A DNA stretch of 64,000 nucleotides from an uncultured Flavobacteriales bacterium (GTDB lineage Bacteria; Bacteroidota; Bacteroidia; CAIKAF01): assembly GCA_903825395.1 (NCBI GenBank), contig CAIKAF010000021.1, positions 25,927 to 89,926 of the forward strand, read 5' to 3'. The notes under the pieces are model-generated. The model was given only the letters and a program-made list of their open reading frames with translations, ran no database searches and had not been told where the DNA came from. Of this stretch, positions 30,579 to 41,488 are shown in pieces; positions within the stretch are counted from its first letter, which is position 1; each line of letters opens with the position of its first letter. The position numbers and the translations under genes were made by a program.

Positions 30579-31063
30579 TGAGGCTTGGCTTTAGATTTGC
30601 TGGATTTTTTGGTGCTGCCTTCTTCAACTTCTGCAGCCGCTTCCTCTGCCTTTGTGTCTTCTACCTTGGCTTGAAAAGATGCAGCCGAATCAAACCCATT
30701 GGCTACCAGTTGATTGTACCATTTAAACACCTTCCGAATGTCGCCATCGTACACCCGTTCGGCATCGTAATTGGGCAAAATTTCAGAAAAGCTGCTTCGA
30801 AGTGTCTGCATATCGGCTTTGTGAGAAAGAGCCACTTTACCTTCGAATTTTGAAGAAATACCAGCAAAAACATTTCGCAGCGGCTCTTCGCCATCAATAA
30901 TGTAAATGCTAATGTCTTTTAGGGTGCTCACCTGTTCTGCGGGACTTACCGCTTCGGGGCGCATGGTGTCTAAAGCTTTAGCAATCAATCCATTTTTCCC
31001 AGTGGCTACAATGGTGTATAAGGACGGTTTTCCTGCCCTGGCAATAATGCTTTCAAATTCCAT
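30575..31063 (-). CDS. Hypothetical protein with Lys/Ala/Glu-rich C-terminal tail (DUF5606-like?)
   Basis: ORF of 162 aa, 4-nt overlap with downstream gene. Family assignment is a guess. Confidence 0.4.
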   Translation of the reverse strand: MEFESIIARAGKPSLYTIVATGKNGLIAKALDTMRPEAVSPAEQVSTLKDISIYIIDGEEPLRNVFAGISSKFEGKVALSHKADMQTLRSSFSEILPNYDAERVYDGDIRKVFKWYNQLVANGFDSAASFQAKVEDTKAEEAAAEVEEGSTKKSSKSKAKPQ

Positions 31064-31109
31064 ATGATCGGTTTAAAGTATATCGGTTTGCAGTGCGCAT
31101 AGGTCTCAC

Positions 31110-32540
31110 CTATTTGCCGCCTTCCATTTCGGCTTTAATGGCGTTTCGTTTGGCGGCATCTTCCAATTTCGTGTACACTTGAAGAAGGGTTTTTTGGAAG
31201 GTATCAATGCGGTTTGGGTCGGCATCTGGTTTAGCCTTTTCCTTTGCATAGCCTTTTTCTAGAATGGTAGCGCTGTTGGAAAAGAACACTTTAGCTTCCT
31301 CTTTTAGCGCTTCATATTCCTTAACCTTACTAATATCAAGGTCATTTGCCTTTTTAATAAGGGCATTCGCCTTGATGATTTCAGCATTGGCCAACTGCAA
31401 ATAGGCAGCAGTATAATTCGCATCCAATTCTATGGTTTTTTCGTAACCAATTTTGGCCGCTACTCGGCGCTCCGCAATCTGAGCTGCGAGGCCTTTTGCA
31501 TCTTTTTTCTCTAAATTTTCGGCAATCTGGTCATTGATAACGCCTTTATTAAAATTCAAAACAAGCAAAATGGCTGGATCTGAAGAAAACGCAGAGATGG
31601 CTTGCTCAATGGCTTCAAGGGCTTTTTCATCGTTGCCTGCATTGAGGTAGAAGTTAACTTCTTCCAAAATAAACTCTGTTTTCAAGGCAGGAAATTCTTT
31701 CTTTCCATTTTCGATGAGCGTGGCAGCGCGATCGGTTTCTCCCCGTTCCATAGCCAATTTAACCTCAATTAGAGCCAAATCAGACAAGCTTCCAAAGCGT
31801 TTTTTAGCGGCATCAATGGCTATTTGAGCCTCAGAAAACTTTTGTGCGAAAATATTTAACCGTACCAAAGCCACTGCAAAAGCGGTGTCTTCGGGCGACA
31901 AATCAACGGCATTTTGAGCATAACCCAAGGCCTCATCTACCTTTTGGGCTTCGGCAGCAGCCACAGACTGATAGTAGCAGTAATATGCCATTTGACGTTG
32001 TAGGCTCCGGTTATCTGGGTCTTGCTTTGCTAAAATTTCCATGGCTGTTTTGGCCGCGCCAAACTCTGCAATGGCTTCAGCGTACTTTTTAGCCTTCAGA
32101 TTTTTTTGAGCTGATTCAGCGAATCGGGCTCCGATGCTTAGCATTCGATTCAGAATTTCATCGGGTTCTTCGACCTTGGGCTTGCCATTGGATTTGAATT
32201 CCACAACTAGAGCGCGCCCATAGGAAAACATTGCCGAATCCAAAGCCCCTTTTCTAGCCAAGACCAAACGAGGACTCGGATCGGTTCCCAAGAGCCAATA
32301 CACATCGCCACGGCGTTTCCATGTTTTTGATTTGGCTACCGTGGTTTCATGTTTTGCTGCGGCATCCATTTCCTTTTTTGCTTCTAATAGCGCATCAATG
32401 GCCACTTGTTCATTTACTTCCCGTTCGCGCTTAAAGGTATTTAGGTGTTCCCAAGCGGTTAAAACGGCGGCATCTTGAGCGAATGCTCCAACCGAAATTG
32501 AAATGAATCCAAGAGCAAGAAAATGACGTATTGTTTTCAT
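31110..32540 (-). CDS. Secreted TPR-repeat protein
   Basis: Signal peptide; Ala/Lys/Glu-rich helical repeats over 476 aa. Confidence 0.55.
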   Translation of the reverse strand: MKTIRHFLALGFISISVGAFAQDAAVLTAWEHLNTFKREREVNEQVAIDALLEAKKEMDAAAKHETTVAKSKTWKRRGDVYWLLGTDPSPRLVLARKGALDSAMFSYGRALVVEFKSNGKPKVEEPDEILNRMLSIGARFAESAQKNLKAKKYAEAIAEFGAAKTAMEILAKQDPDNRSLQRQMAYYCYYQSVAAAEAQKVDEALGYAQNAVDLSPEDTAFAVALVRLNIFAQKFSEAQIAIDAAKKRFGSLSDLALIEVKLAMERGETDRAATLIENGKKEFPALKTEFILEEVNFYLNAGNDEKALEAIEQAISAFSSDPAILLVLNFNKGVINDQIAENLEKKDAKGLAAQIAERRVAAKIGYEKTIELDANYTAAYLQLANAEIIKANALIKKANDLDISKVKEYEALKEEAKVFFSNSATILEKGYAKEKAKPDADPNRIDTFQKTLLQVYTKLEDAAKRNAIKAEMEGGK

Positions 32541-32579
32541 CGCGGTAAATTTCTTAACTGTTAAACAAGAATAATGCCG

Positions 32580-35144
32580 TTATTCAATGGTTGGCGCATC
32601 TGGGCTCAAATCAGATTCCTCAGAATTGGCAGCTCCGTCTGATAACTCTGCGGTTTCAGATTCATCAACGGCCTCCTTTTTTACACGTGCCACTGCGGCG
32701 ATTTCATCTCCGTTTTTCAAGTTGATCAGCCTAACTCCCTGAGTAGCTCTGCCCATTACCCGCATTTCTTCCACGGCCATACGGATAAGGGTTCCTTTCA
32801 TGGTAATGATCATCAGATGGTCCCCGTCCACCACTGCCTTCAGGGCAATTAAGGCTCCGGTTTTTTCGGTTACATTGATGGTACGTACTCCCTTCCCGCC
32901 GCGGTTGGTAATGCGGTACTCATCTAAATTTGAGCGTTTTCCGAATCCTTTTTCGCTCACCACCAGTACCTCGGCCGGATCTTTTGGATCTACAGTAATC
33001 AGCCCTACCACCTCATCGGTGGTTTCATTGGCCAATCGAACTCCCCGTACTCCCGTAGCGGTTCTTCCCATTGGTCGAACTTTCTCTTCCGGGAAACGAA
33101 TGGCGCGACCGCTTTTCAATGCCATCATTAGTTCATGGCTGCCATCGGTCAATTTAGCTTCCAACAATTCATCGTCTTCGCGAACGGAAATGGCATTAAT
33201 TCCACTGGCTCTTGGTCGGCTGTAGGCCTCAAGAGTTGTTTTCTTAATGATTCCCTTTTTGGTGCACATTACGATGAAATTGCTTTCTGTGTACTCTTTA
33301 TTATCCAATCCTTTGACAGCAATAAAGGCCTTCACCCTATCTCCTTGCTCAATTTGAATCAAGTTTTGAATGGGGCGACCTTTGGTGGCTTTTGCTCCCT
33401 CAGGAATTTCAAATACGCGAAGCCAGAAGCATCGACCACGTTCAGTAAAGAACAACATGTAGGCATGCGTATCTGCAATGAAAAGGTGTTCAAGGAAATC
33501 TTCATCGCGGGTAGCTGAACCTCTGGAACCCACTCCTCCCCTACTTTGTTGTCTGTATTCTTGGAGTTGAGTCCGTTTGATATACCCCAGGTGAGAAATG
33601 GTAACCACCACAGGTTCATCTGCAATAATGTCTTCAATTCTAAAATCTTCCGCAGAAAATACAATTTCAGTTCTTCGTTGATCGCCGTATTTCTCACGGA
33701 TTTCGCTAAGCTCATCTTTAATGATTTGCATGCGCAAGGGCTCCTCAGCCAATATCCGTTTCAAATAGGCAATTTGCTCCATAATTTCATTGAACTCGGC
33801 ACGGATTTTATCTCGTTCCATACCGGTTAAACGCTGCAACCTAAGCTCAAGAATGGCCTTTGCCTGAATTTCAGACAGGTTGAAATTTCCAATCAAACCT
33901 TCCTTTGCTTCATCTACGGTAGGACTTTTCCGTATCAGAGCAATAACCTCATCTAAATGGTCAAGGGCAATTAAATACCCTTCGAGAATATGGGCGCGTT
34001 TTTCAGCCTGATCCAGTTCATATTTGGCTCGCCGGGTCACCACCTCATGCCGGTGGTCCACAAACTCCCGAATCAAATCTTTTAGGTTTAACAACATTGG
34101 TCTGCCCTTAACCAAGGCAATATTGTTGACGCTAAATGAGGTTTGAAGCGAGGTGTATTTGTACAACTGATTCAGAACCACATTGGTAACCGCATCGCGC
34201 TTCAATTCAAATACCAAGCGCATTCCATTCCTATCTGATTCCAAACGAATATCTGAAATCCCTTCAATTTTCTTCTCGTTCACCAAATCAGCGGCCTTGA
34301 TTTGAATTTCTGCCGGATTGACTTGATATGGAACCTCGGTTACAACGATTTGTTCTTTTCCGTTATCTAAAGTTTCAATGTTGGTTTTTGCCCGAATAAC
34401 AATCCGGCCTCTGCCTGTTTCAAATGCATCTTTAACTCCTTCGTAGCCATAAATGATACCTCCTGTTGGGAAATCCGGAGCTTTCACGTGCTGCATCAAT
34501 CCTGCCACATCAATATCTGTGTTATCGATGTAGGCCATGATTCCGTCAATCACCTCAGTTAGGTTATGAGGAGCCATATTGGTGGCCATTCCTACCGCAA
34601 TTCCTGCAGCTCCGTTCACCAACAAATTGGGGATTCGTGCAGGCAGAACGGTTGGCTCTTGCAGAGAATCGTCAAAATTCAGCCTAAAATCGATGGTATC
34701 TTTATCGATATCCGACAGCATTTCTTCCGCTGTCTTCTTTAGCCTGGCCTCGGTGTAACGCATGGCGGCCGGACTATCGCCTTCCATAGAGCCAAAGTTA
34801 CCCTGACCATCAACCAGTGGATAGCGCAGCGACCAGTCTTGAGCCATACGCACCATAGCATCGTACACCGAGCTATCTCCATGCGGGTGGTATTTTCCCA
34901 ATACTTCCCCGACGATACGGGCTGATTTCTTATAGGGTCTGTTGGATAAAACACCCAAGTCCAACATGCCAAACAACACCCTTCGGTGAACGGGCTTCAT
35001 CCCATCACGCACATCTGGAAGGGCCCTGGAAACAATCACCGACATCGAGTAATCGATGTACGCTGACTTCATTTCCTCTTCAATATTAATAGGAACGATG
35101 CGGCTTCCACCTGCCGCGGGATCAATCAAGTTTTCGTCTGCCAT
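32580..35144 (-). CDS. gyrA: DNA gyrase subunit A
   Basis: 854 aa; active-site AMRYTEARL; GyrA box and beta-pinwheel repeats; acidic C-terminal tail. Confidence 0.95.
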   Translation of the reverse strand: MADENLIDPAAGGSRIVPINIEEEMKSAYIDYSMSVIVSRALPDVRDGMKPVHRRVLFGMLDLGVLSNRPYKKSARIVGEVLGKYHPHGDSSVYDAMVRMAQDWSLRYPLVDGQGNFGSMEGDSPAAMRYTEARLKKTAEEMLSDIDKDTIDFRLNFDDSLQEPTVLPARIPNLLVNGAAGIAVGMATNMAPHNLTEVIDGIMAYIDNTDIDVAGLMQHVKAPDFPTGGIIYGYEGVKDAFETGRGRIVIRAKTNIETLDNGKEQIVVTEVPYQVNPAEIQIKAADLVNEKKIEGISDIRLESDRNGMRLVFELKRDAVTNVVLNQLYKYTSLQTSFSVNNIALVKGRPMLLNLKDLIREFVDHRHEVVTRRAKYELDQAEKRAHILEGYLIALDHLDEVIALIRKSPTVDEAKEGLIGNFNLSEIQAKAILELRLQRLTGMERDKIRAEFNEIMEQIAYLKRILAEEPLRMQIIKDELSEIREKYGDQRRTEIVFSAEDFRIEDIIADEPVVVTISHLGYIKRTQLQEYRQQSRGGVGSRGSATRDEDFLEHLFIADTHAYMLFFTERGRCFWLRVFEIPEGAKATKGRPIQNLIQIEQGDRVKAFIAVKGLDNKEYTESNFIVMCTKKGIIKKTTLEAYSRPRASGINAISVREDDELLEAKLTDGSHELMMALKSGRAIRFPEEKVRPMGRTATGVRGVRLANETTDEVVGLITVDPKDPAEVLVVSEKGFGKRSNLDEYRITNRGGKGVRTINVTEKTGALIALKAVVDGDHLMIITMKGTLIRMAVEEMRVMGRATQGVRLINLKNGDEIAAVARVKKEAVDESETAELSDGAANSEESDLSPDAPTIE

Positions 35145-35359
35145 TTTTTCAGTCGATTAGTTGGGCACAAATTTTGTTTTAACGAAAGCGAAAATACGCA
35201 TTACCTATGTTAAATCGTCGTTTTTTCATGGAAAGATATGGACACAATGTTAACAACCTCATAATACCCATGACAGATATGAGGTGAATTTAGAAAAGCC
35301 GTACCTTGCACTCAAGTAATTTCATTCAATTAAAGAACCCCTAGCCCTAAATAATTCGT

Positions 35360-37867
35360 ATGGAAGCTCGTTTTTCTCCCAGAGTTAAAGATGTAATCAC
35401 CTTTAGTAGAGAAGAAGCCTTGCGCCTTGGCCATGATTATATCGGTACCGAGCACCTCTTGCTAGGTATGATTCGGGAAGGCGAAGGTATGGGGATCAAA
35501 ATCCTTAAATCGCTTGGAGTCCAAATGGATGACTTGAGAAAGGAAATTGAAACCTCAATTCGACCGCATTCAAAAAATACCGTCAATATTGGCAACATCC
35601 CCTTGGTTAAGCAAGCTGAAAAGGCGCTAAAAGTGACCTATCTTGAGGCCAAACTGTTCAACTCGGCCATAATTGGTACCGAGCATCTCCTACTGGCCAT
35701 CTTAAAAGATGAAGACAGCATTGTTACTCGAATTTTAAAACGATATAGGGTGGATTATTCCTCCGTTAAAGACGAAATTGATTTTATGGCAAGCGATAAA
35801 CCAAAGGCAGAAGCCCCAAGAAATGAACCGGAAGAAGAACCCGAAGACATGGGGGGTGGCTTCAGCAAAAAGAACCTGGATCCCAAAAGCAAAACTCCGG
35901 TTCTTGACAATTTTGGCCGAGATTTGTCAAATTTGGCAGAGTCGGGAAAATTGGACCCCATCATTGGCCGAGACAAAGAAATTGAACGGGTATCTCAGAT
36001 CCTATCCCGCAGAAAGAAAAACAACCCCATTTTAATCGGAGAACCAGGAGTTGGAAAATCGGCCATTGCTGAAGGATTGGCCCTTCGAATTTCTCAAAAG
36101 AAGGTGGCGCGAAATCTGTTCACCAAGCGGGTTGTTTCTCTTGACCTGGGTTCATTGGTAGCCGGTACAAAGTACCGCGGCCAATTTGAAGAACGCATGA
36201 AAGCCCTAATGAATGAACTTGAAAAATCACCGGATGTGATTTTATTTATCGACGAAATCCATACCATTATTGGAGCTGGAGGAGCCAGCGGTTCGTTGGA
36301 TGCCTCAAACATGTTTAAACCCGCCTTGGCCAGAGGCGAAATTCAGTGCATCGGAGCCACAACTCTAGATGAATACCGACAATTTATTGAAAAGGATGGG
36401 GCTTTAGACCGCCGTTTTCAAAAGGTGATGGTAGAACCTACCACCGAAGAGGAAACCCTTCAAATTCTTAAGAACATTAAGGACAGGTATGAGGACCACC
36501 ACAATGTAAATTACACTGAAGATGCGCTCAAGGCCTGTGTAAGCTTAACCAGCCGCTACATTACCGACCGGTTCTTGCCAGACAAAGCCATTGATGCCCT
36601 TGATGAGGCTGGAGCCCGTGTCCACATCACCAACATTAAGGTACCCAAAGAAATTGAAGAGATTGAACGGGAGATTGAAGAGGTAAAAGTTGAAAAAACC
36701 CGCGTGGTTAAAAGTCAACGCTATGAAAAGGCCGCCGAACTGCGCGATAAAGAACGGCAGCTTTCCGAGAAACTCGAAAGCGCAAAACGGCGCTGGGAAG
36801 AAGAAAATCGGCAAAACCGCGAAGTGGTTGGCGAAGATGAAGTAGCCCAGGTGGTTGCTATGATGACAGGAATCCCCGTCCAAAAGGTGGCACAAAGCGA
36901 AAGCAATGTGCTCGCGAAAATGTTTGATGTGGTAAAAGGGAAGGTGATTGGCCAAGACGATGCGGTTAAAAAGGTGGTTCGCGCCATTCAACGCAACCGT
37001 GCAGGCCTGAAAGACCCCAATAAACCCATCGGAAGTTTCATTTTCTTAGGCCCAACCGGAGTAGGAAAAACCCAATTGGCTAAGGTTTTGTCTAAAACCC
37101 TGTTTAACAGCGAAGACGCACTGATTCGAATTGACATGTCAGAATACATGGAGAAATTTGCTGTATCGCGTTTAATTGGTGCGCCTCCCGGATATGTCGG
37201 ATATGAAGAAGGTGGACAACTCACCGAAAAGGTGCGCCGAAAACCCTACTCAGTAGTTCTTTTGGACGAAATAGAAAAAGCACACCCCGATGTGTTCAAT
37301 CTTCTGCTGCAAGCCTTAGACGATGGTGTTTTGACCGATTCACTCGGTCGTAAAATTGATTTTAAAAACACCATTATTATCATGACTTCGAACATCGGAT
37401 CCCGAGATTTGAAAGAATTCGGTCAAGGAGTTGGTTTCAAAACTTCAGCACGCGAAAAGCAAGCCGATGAATACTCTGGCGCTGTGATTCAAAATGCACT
37501 GAAAAAGGCCTTCGCTCCAGAGTTTCTGAACCGAATCGACGATGTTATTCTATTCGCTTCCTTGAAGCAAGAAGACATTCACCAAATTATCGATTTGGAG
37601 TTGGCCGCTTTAATACAGCGCATCGAAACCAACGGATATAAAATGAACATTAGTCCCGAGGCCAAAGATTTCATTGCGCAAAAAGGATTTGATCCACACT
37701 ATGGAGCCAGGCCTTTAAAGCGCGCCATTCAAAAATTCATCGAAGATTCGTTGGCCGAAGAAATCATCAGCGGCCGCATTTCTGAGGGAGATACCATTAC
37801 CGTTCAATTGGACGGGGAGGAAATCAAAATCACCAAGGCTAAAATCCGCAAAAAGAAAAATTCATAA
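35360..37867 (+). CDS. clpC: ATP-dependent Clp protease ATP-binding subunit ClpC/ClpA family (class I AAA+)
   Basis: Two Clp_N repeats, two Walker A motifs (GEPGVGKSAIAEGLA, GPTGVGKTQLAKVL), UVR-like coiled coil, ClpB_D2-small domain. Confidence 0.9.
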   Translation: MEARFSPRVKDVITFSREEALRLGHDYIGTEHLLLGMIREGEGMGIKILKSLGVQMDDLRKEIETSIRPHSKNTVNIGNIPLVKQAEKALKVTYLEAKLFNSAIIGTEHLLLAILKDEDSIVTRILKRYRVDYSSVKDEIDFMASDKPKAEAPRNEPEEEPEDMGGGFSKKNLDPKSKTPVLDNFGRDLSNLAESGKLDPIIGRDKEIERVSQILSRRKKNNPILIGEPGVGKSAIAEGLALRISQKKVARNLFTKRVVSLDLGSLVAGTKYRGQFEERMKALMNELEKSPDVILFIDEIHTIIGAGGASGSLDASNMFKPALARGEIQCIGATTLDEYRQFIEKDGALDRRFQKVMVEPTTEEETLQILKNIKDRYEDHHNVNYTEDALKACVSLTSRYITDRFLPDKAIDALDEAGARVHITNIKVPKEIEEIEREIEEVKVEKTRVVKSQRYEKAAELRDKERQLSEKLESAKRRWEEENRQNREVVGEDEVAQVVAMMTGIPVQKVAQSESNVLAKMFDVVKGKVIGQDDAVKKVVRAIQRNRAGLKDPNKPIGSFIFLGPTGVGKTQLAKVLSKTLFNSEDALIRIDMSEYMEKFAVSRLIGAPPGYVGYEEGGQLTEKVRRKPYSVVLLDEIEKAHPDVFNLLLQALDDGVLTDSLGRKIDFKNTIIIMTSNIGSRDLKEFGQGVGFKTSAREKQADEYSGAVIQNALKKAFAPEFLNRIDDVILFASLKQEDIHQIIDLELAALIQRIETNGYKMNISPEAKDFIAQKGFDPHYGARPLKRAIQKFIEDSLAEEIISGRISEGDTITVQLDGEEIKITKAKIRKKKNS

Positions 37868-37905
37868 TCGGATGGGTTTTGTATCTTTAACATCAAATAT
37901 CACGT

Positions 37906-38115
37906 ATGAAACAGCTTAAAAACCTTCTTGCTCTCAGCGTTTTGGTGGTTGCACTCAGCAGCTGCGAAGAAGAAATCTGCATCCATTGTTTTCCAAACGG
38001 AGAAACACATTCCAGTCCGAATGCAGTTGAATTTTGTTCTACAGACGGAAATGCACGAATGGATTTTCAGGTTGAATACATTGATAAATCCTACAATTGC
38101 GTTCAGGCCGAGTAA
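37906..38115 (+). CDS. Small Cys-rich lipoprotein (69 aa), hypothetical
   Basis: Lipobox LSSC; 6 further Cys; followed by a strong intrinsic terminator. Confidence 0.4.
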   Translation: MKQLKNLLALSVLVVALSSCEEEICIHCFPNGETHSSPNAVEFCSTDGNARMDFQVEYIDKSYNCVQAE

Positions 38116-38138
38116 CCTTTGTCCTGTAATCATGAAAT

Positions 38139-38165
38139 AGCCCTTCGTTGAAGGGCTTTTTTTTT
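38139..38165 (+). terminator. Intrinsic terminator
   Basis: Stem AGCCCTT/AAGGGCT (7 bp), loop CGTTG, then T9. Confidence 0.65.
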
Positions 38166-38310
38166 GGGCGGCTGCGGGCTTTCTCAGGTAGTCCGCCGCT
38201 TCCCGGTGGCTGGGGCAGCGGGTTTGCGTGGGCTCCCAAGGTCGCCTCCGCACCACGCGCCCCAGGCACCGGTCTTCCGGCGTTCTACCTTGTTCAATCC
38301 CTGCCGCAAC
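38163..38310. repeat. GC-rich extragenic repeat element, copy 4 (orientation A)
   Basis: TTTGGGCGGCTGCGGGCTTTCTCAGGTAGTCCGCC ... GGCTCCCAAGGTCGCCTCCGCACC ... GTTCAATCCCTGCCGCAACTC. Near-identical termini to copy 1. Confidence 0.75.
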
Positions 38311-38379
38311 TCAAACCCTTAACCCAACACAAAAAAAAGCCCCACTCAATGGCGGGGCTGAAAAAAAATCGTTTGGCAC

Positions 38380-38943
38380 TTATTTCATCGCCTCAACCCG
38401 AATGGAGTATTTAATCTTCAGGCGGTATTCCTGTTGAGAATTATCGGTAACGGTAACCATGCGTGTATCAAAACGGGTGATAAAGGTATCGGTCAACCAG
38501 GGTTGAATGTCTCCGTAATTTACGGCCAATTCTTCCTTATTACCCCGATTGGCAACGTCATTTCCAAAGCCACCAGCAGCTCCGGTAGGATTGTGCTTGT
38601 AGGCCACCAAAACCTGTTTCCCGGGCTCGGATCTTGACACAAAGAAAATCTCGTATTTCTTAAACGGCCATAAGGTAGTATCAGGACTCACCATTTCTAC
38701 AAAGGCGCTATCCATACTTACTTTATCGATGTTGTCAAAGGTCATTCCGTAATTCACCAAATAATCGCGGAGGTATTCCATGTCAACGGTATCGACATTG
38801 ACCATAAACTCTCCGTTCTTATAATTCCCAGGAATTACAATTTCGTTTTCAAAGGGGACAACTATCTGAAACCGATCTGGACCACAGGCCGCAACAACCG
38901 TTCCTAGAAGAGCTAAAAAAGCGTAGTTCTTAAATTTTCCCAT
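38380..38943 (-). CDS. Hypothetical lipoprotein
   Basis: Start chosen at MGKFKNYAFLALLGTVVAACG (lipobox). No catalytic motif. Confidence 0.5.
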   Translation of the reverse strand: MGKFKNYAFLALLGTVVAACGPDRFQIVVPFENEIVIPGNYKNGEFMVNVDTVDMEYLRDYLVNYGMTFDNIDKVSMDSAFVEMVSPDTTLWPFKKYEIFFVSRSEPGKQVLVAYKHNPTGAAGGFGNDVANRGNKEELAVNYGDIQPWLTDTFITRFDTRMVTVTDNSQQEYRLKIKYSIRVEAMK

Positions 38944-38966
38944 GTTACAAAAGTATAAACCTTTTG

Positions 38967-39776
38967 TCAAGATACAAATTTTTCCATTAAGTCGGCGGAA
39001 ATACCCGTAGAGCTGAATCCCCCGTCATGGAATAGATTCTGCATGGTTACCATTTTTGTTAAATCTGAAAACAGGCTTATGCAATAATTGGCACAATCGT
39101 CGGCCGAAGCATTTCCAAGGGGCGACATTTTATCGGCATAATCAAAAAATGCATCAAAGCCTCCTACCCCACTTCCGGCCGTGGTTTTGGTCGGTGATTG
39201 GGAAATGGTGTTAACCCGTACTTGATTCTTTTTTCCATAATGGTAACCAAAACCCCGGGCTATGCTTTCCAAAACGGCTTTGGCATCAGCCATATCTCCA
39301 TAATCAGGGAAAGTCCGTTGGGCTGCGATGTAACTCAATCCAACCACACTACCCCATTGTTTTATGGCGTCTTTTTGATAGGCCACCTGCAGCATTCTAT
39401 GAAAGGATAAGGCCGAAATATCAAGGCTTTTTTGATACCAATCGTAATTCAAATTGGTGTAGTGTTTTCCTTTCCGCACATTGGGCGACATGCCAATGGA
39501 ATGCAGCACAAAGTCGATTTGGCCTCCGGCATGATTCATAGCCTCATCAAACAGATTTTCAACGTCTTGCTGTGAGGTGGCATCCGCTCCAACAACGGGA
39601 GCGCCACACTGTTCAGCTAGGGTGTGAATGGTACCCATTCTCAAGGCAACGGGTGCGTTGGACAGGATGATTTTCGCCCCTTGCTCATGGGCTTTCAGAG
39701 CTACTTTCCAGGCAATAGATTGCTCATCTAAAGCTCCTGTAATAATGCCGGTTTTTCCGGTTAAAATTCCTTGCAT
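38967..39776 (-). CDS. fabI: Enoyl-[acyl-carrier-protein] reductase (NADH)
   Basis: SDR fold; GKTGIITGALDEQSIAW N-terminus and Tyr/Lys catalytic region typical of FabI. Confidence 0.85.
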   Translation of the reverse strand: MQGILTGKTGIITGALDEQSIAWKVALKAHEQGAKIILSNAPVALRMGTIHTLAEQCGAPVVGADATSQQDVENLFDEAMNHAGGQIDFVLHSIGMSPNVRKGKHYTNLNYDWYQKSLDISALSFHRMLQVAYQKDAIKQWGSVVGLSYIAAQRTFPDYGDMADAKAVLESIARGFGYHYGKKNQVRVNTISQSPTKTTAGSGVGGFDAFFDYADKMSPLGNASADDCANYCISLFSDLTKMVTMQNLFHDGGFSSTGISADLMEKFVS

Positions 39777-39807
39777 AGGATGTTTATTTAGTGCGAAAGA
39801 ACAAAAT

Positions 39808-41451
39808 TCAATTGGTTTTTAATAATTCTCTGGCATGCTCGAGGGCATTCTCGGTGGTTATTTCAGCGCTAAGCATACCGGCAAGTTCGGTAATTCGTTC
39901 CTCATGGCTCAATTCCCGAATTCGGGTGCTGCCCTCTACTTTTTCCACTTTAAAATGCCGTTTTCCTTTCGATGCAATCTGAGGAAGGTGCGTAATGGCC
40001 ATTATTTGCATGTCGGTACCTACCTCGTTTAAAAGCTGTCCCATTTTACCGGCAATTTTGCCTGAAATACCGGTATCAATTTCATCAAAAATAAGCGTAG
40101 GCTGCACCTTTTTCTTGGCTGCCAACAGCTTAAAAATGAGCATTATTCTAGATAATTCTCCTCCAGATGCTATGTTTTCCAACGGCTTGGCTTCAAGCTT
40201 TGGATGTGGGCTGTATAAAAACTGAACTTCTTCAAATCCATGTGCGGTGGGTTGGTTCAATGGATTGAGCTGCAGGCTTAGCGTGGAATCATGCAAACCC
40301 AATTCGGATAAGATGGGGCGAATGGCGGCTTCGGCTTCCTTTGCACCAGAAGTTCTGAGTTTGGTTAATGTAGTTCCCAGTTTCAGAAGTACAGAATCCC
40401 AATGCTGTATTTCTTTATCCCATTCATCCTGAGCCATTTCAACCCGTTCGAGTTCGGTTTTTTCTTTTAGCCAGGTGGCACTTAAGGTGACCATTTCGCT
40501 TTCATTCATGCAATGGTGCTTGCGCAGTACATTCAAATAGGCGGAATAGCGTTCTTGAAGATGATTGAGTTTTAATGGATCGGGAGCAAATTCAGTTTCC
40601 AAGCGCTGCAATTCCAATCCCAAATCTGCTAGATCAATGCGGGCCGATTCCAAGCGATTTAGCATTTCCACGTTCTCAGGTACGAATGGAGCTAGTTTCT
40701 GTGCGATGGAAGAGGCGCGTCGAAGTTCATCTACAATGTGTTGGTCCTCCAACAGCAATTCCAAAACATGCTTTAGAGCGGCTTGCAGCGATTCCGCCTG
40801 TTGAAGTTGTTCCAATCGGGTTTCAAGTTCTGCCTGCTCGCCATCATTCCATTTTAAGGCCTGCCATTCCTCGAGCTGATGGGCTAAGAAGTCGAGTTTC
40901 CGTTGATTTTCGGCCTTTTCACTGTGGTACTTGTTCTTTAAATCAAGCAATTTGGCTCGGGCGGACATGGCCTGGGAAAATTCATGTGCAACCAGATCTG
41001 AGCCAGAAATGGTGTCCAACCAAGCCAATCGGTAGGTCTTATTTTTGAGCGATAGCGATTCATGCTGTCCATGCACATCCAGTACCTGATCTGAAAATTC
41101 TTTTAATTGCTGAATGGTCACTGGACTGTCGTTGATAAATCCGCGGCTCTTTCCATTGGGCCAAATTTCTCGCCGCAGAATGCAGGTCAAATCAAATTCC
41201 AGTTCTTGGGCTTCAAACCAAGGCTTTAATTCATCCGATTCCAGGTGAAATATGGCCTCTGAAATGCATTTTTTGTTTTTATCGATTAAGATGGATGAAT
41301 CTGCCCTTTTCCCCATGACCAATCCAAGGGCGCCGAGGAAAATACTTTTCCCTGCCCCAGTTTCACCCGTAAAAACATGAAATCCGTTTGAAAAATTCAA
41401 TCGGGCTTCCTGAATTAGGGCGTAATTCGATATGTACAATTCATGAATCAT
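39808..41451 (-). CDS. recN: DNA repair protein RecN
   Basis: SMC-like; N-terminal Walker A GETGAGKSI, long coiled coil, C-terminal signature SGGELSRIML and Walker B LIFDEID. Confidence 0.9.
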   Translation of the reverse strand: MIHELYISNYALIQEARLNFSNGFHVFTGETGAGKSIFLGALGLVMGKRADSSILIDKNKKCISEAIFHLESDELKPWFEAQELEFDLTCILRREIWPNGKSRGFINDSPVTIQQLKEFSDQVLDVHGQHESLSLKNKTYRLAWLDTISGSDLVAHEFSQAMSARAKLLDLKNKYHSEKAENQRKLDFLAHQLEEWQALKWNDGEQAELETRLEQLQQAESLQAALKHVLELLLEDQHIVDELRRASSIAQKLAPFVPENVEMLNRLESARIDLADLGLELQRLETEFAPDPLKLNHLQERYSAYLNVLRKHHCMNESEMVTLSATWLKEKTELERVEMAQDEWDKEIQHWDSVLLKLGTTLTKLRTSGAKEAEAAIRPILSELGLHDSTLSLQLNPLNQPTAHGFEEVQFLYSPHPKLEAKPLENIASGGELSRIMLIFKLLAAKKKVQPTLIFDEIDTGISGKIAGKMGQLLNEVGTDMQIMAITHLPQIASKGKRHFKVEKVEGSTRIRELSHEERITELAGMLSAEITTENALEHARELLKTN

Positions 41452-41488
41452 GCGCAGAAAGAAAGGAATGACTTTCGTTCATCAACCA

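Noticed and set aside
35145-35359. Divergent gyrA/clpC intergenic region with hairpin CCTCATA...TATGAGG
   Set aside because: Probably just promoter/5'-UTR structure. No conserved Bacteroidota -33/-7 elements could be placed with confidence by eye.
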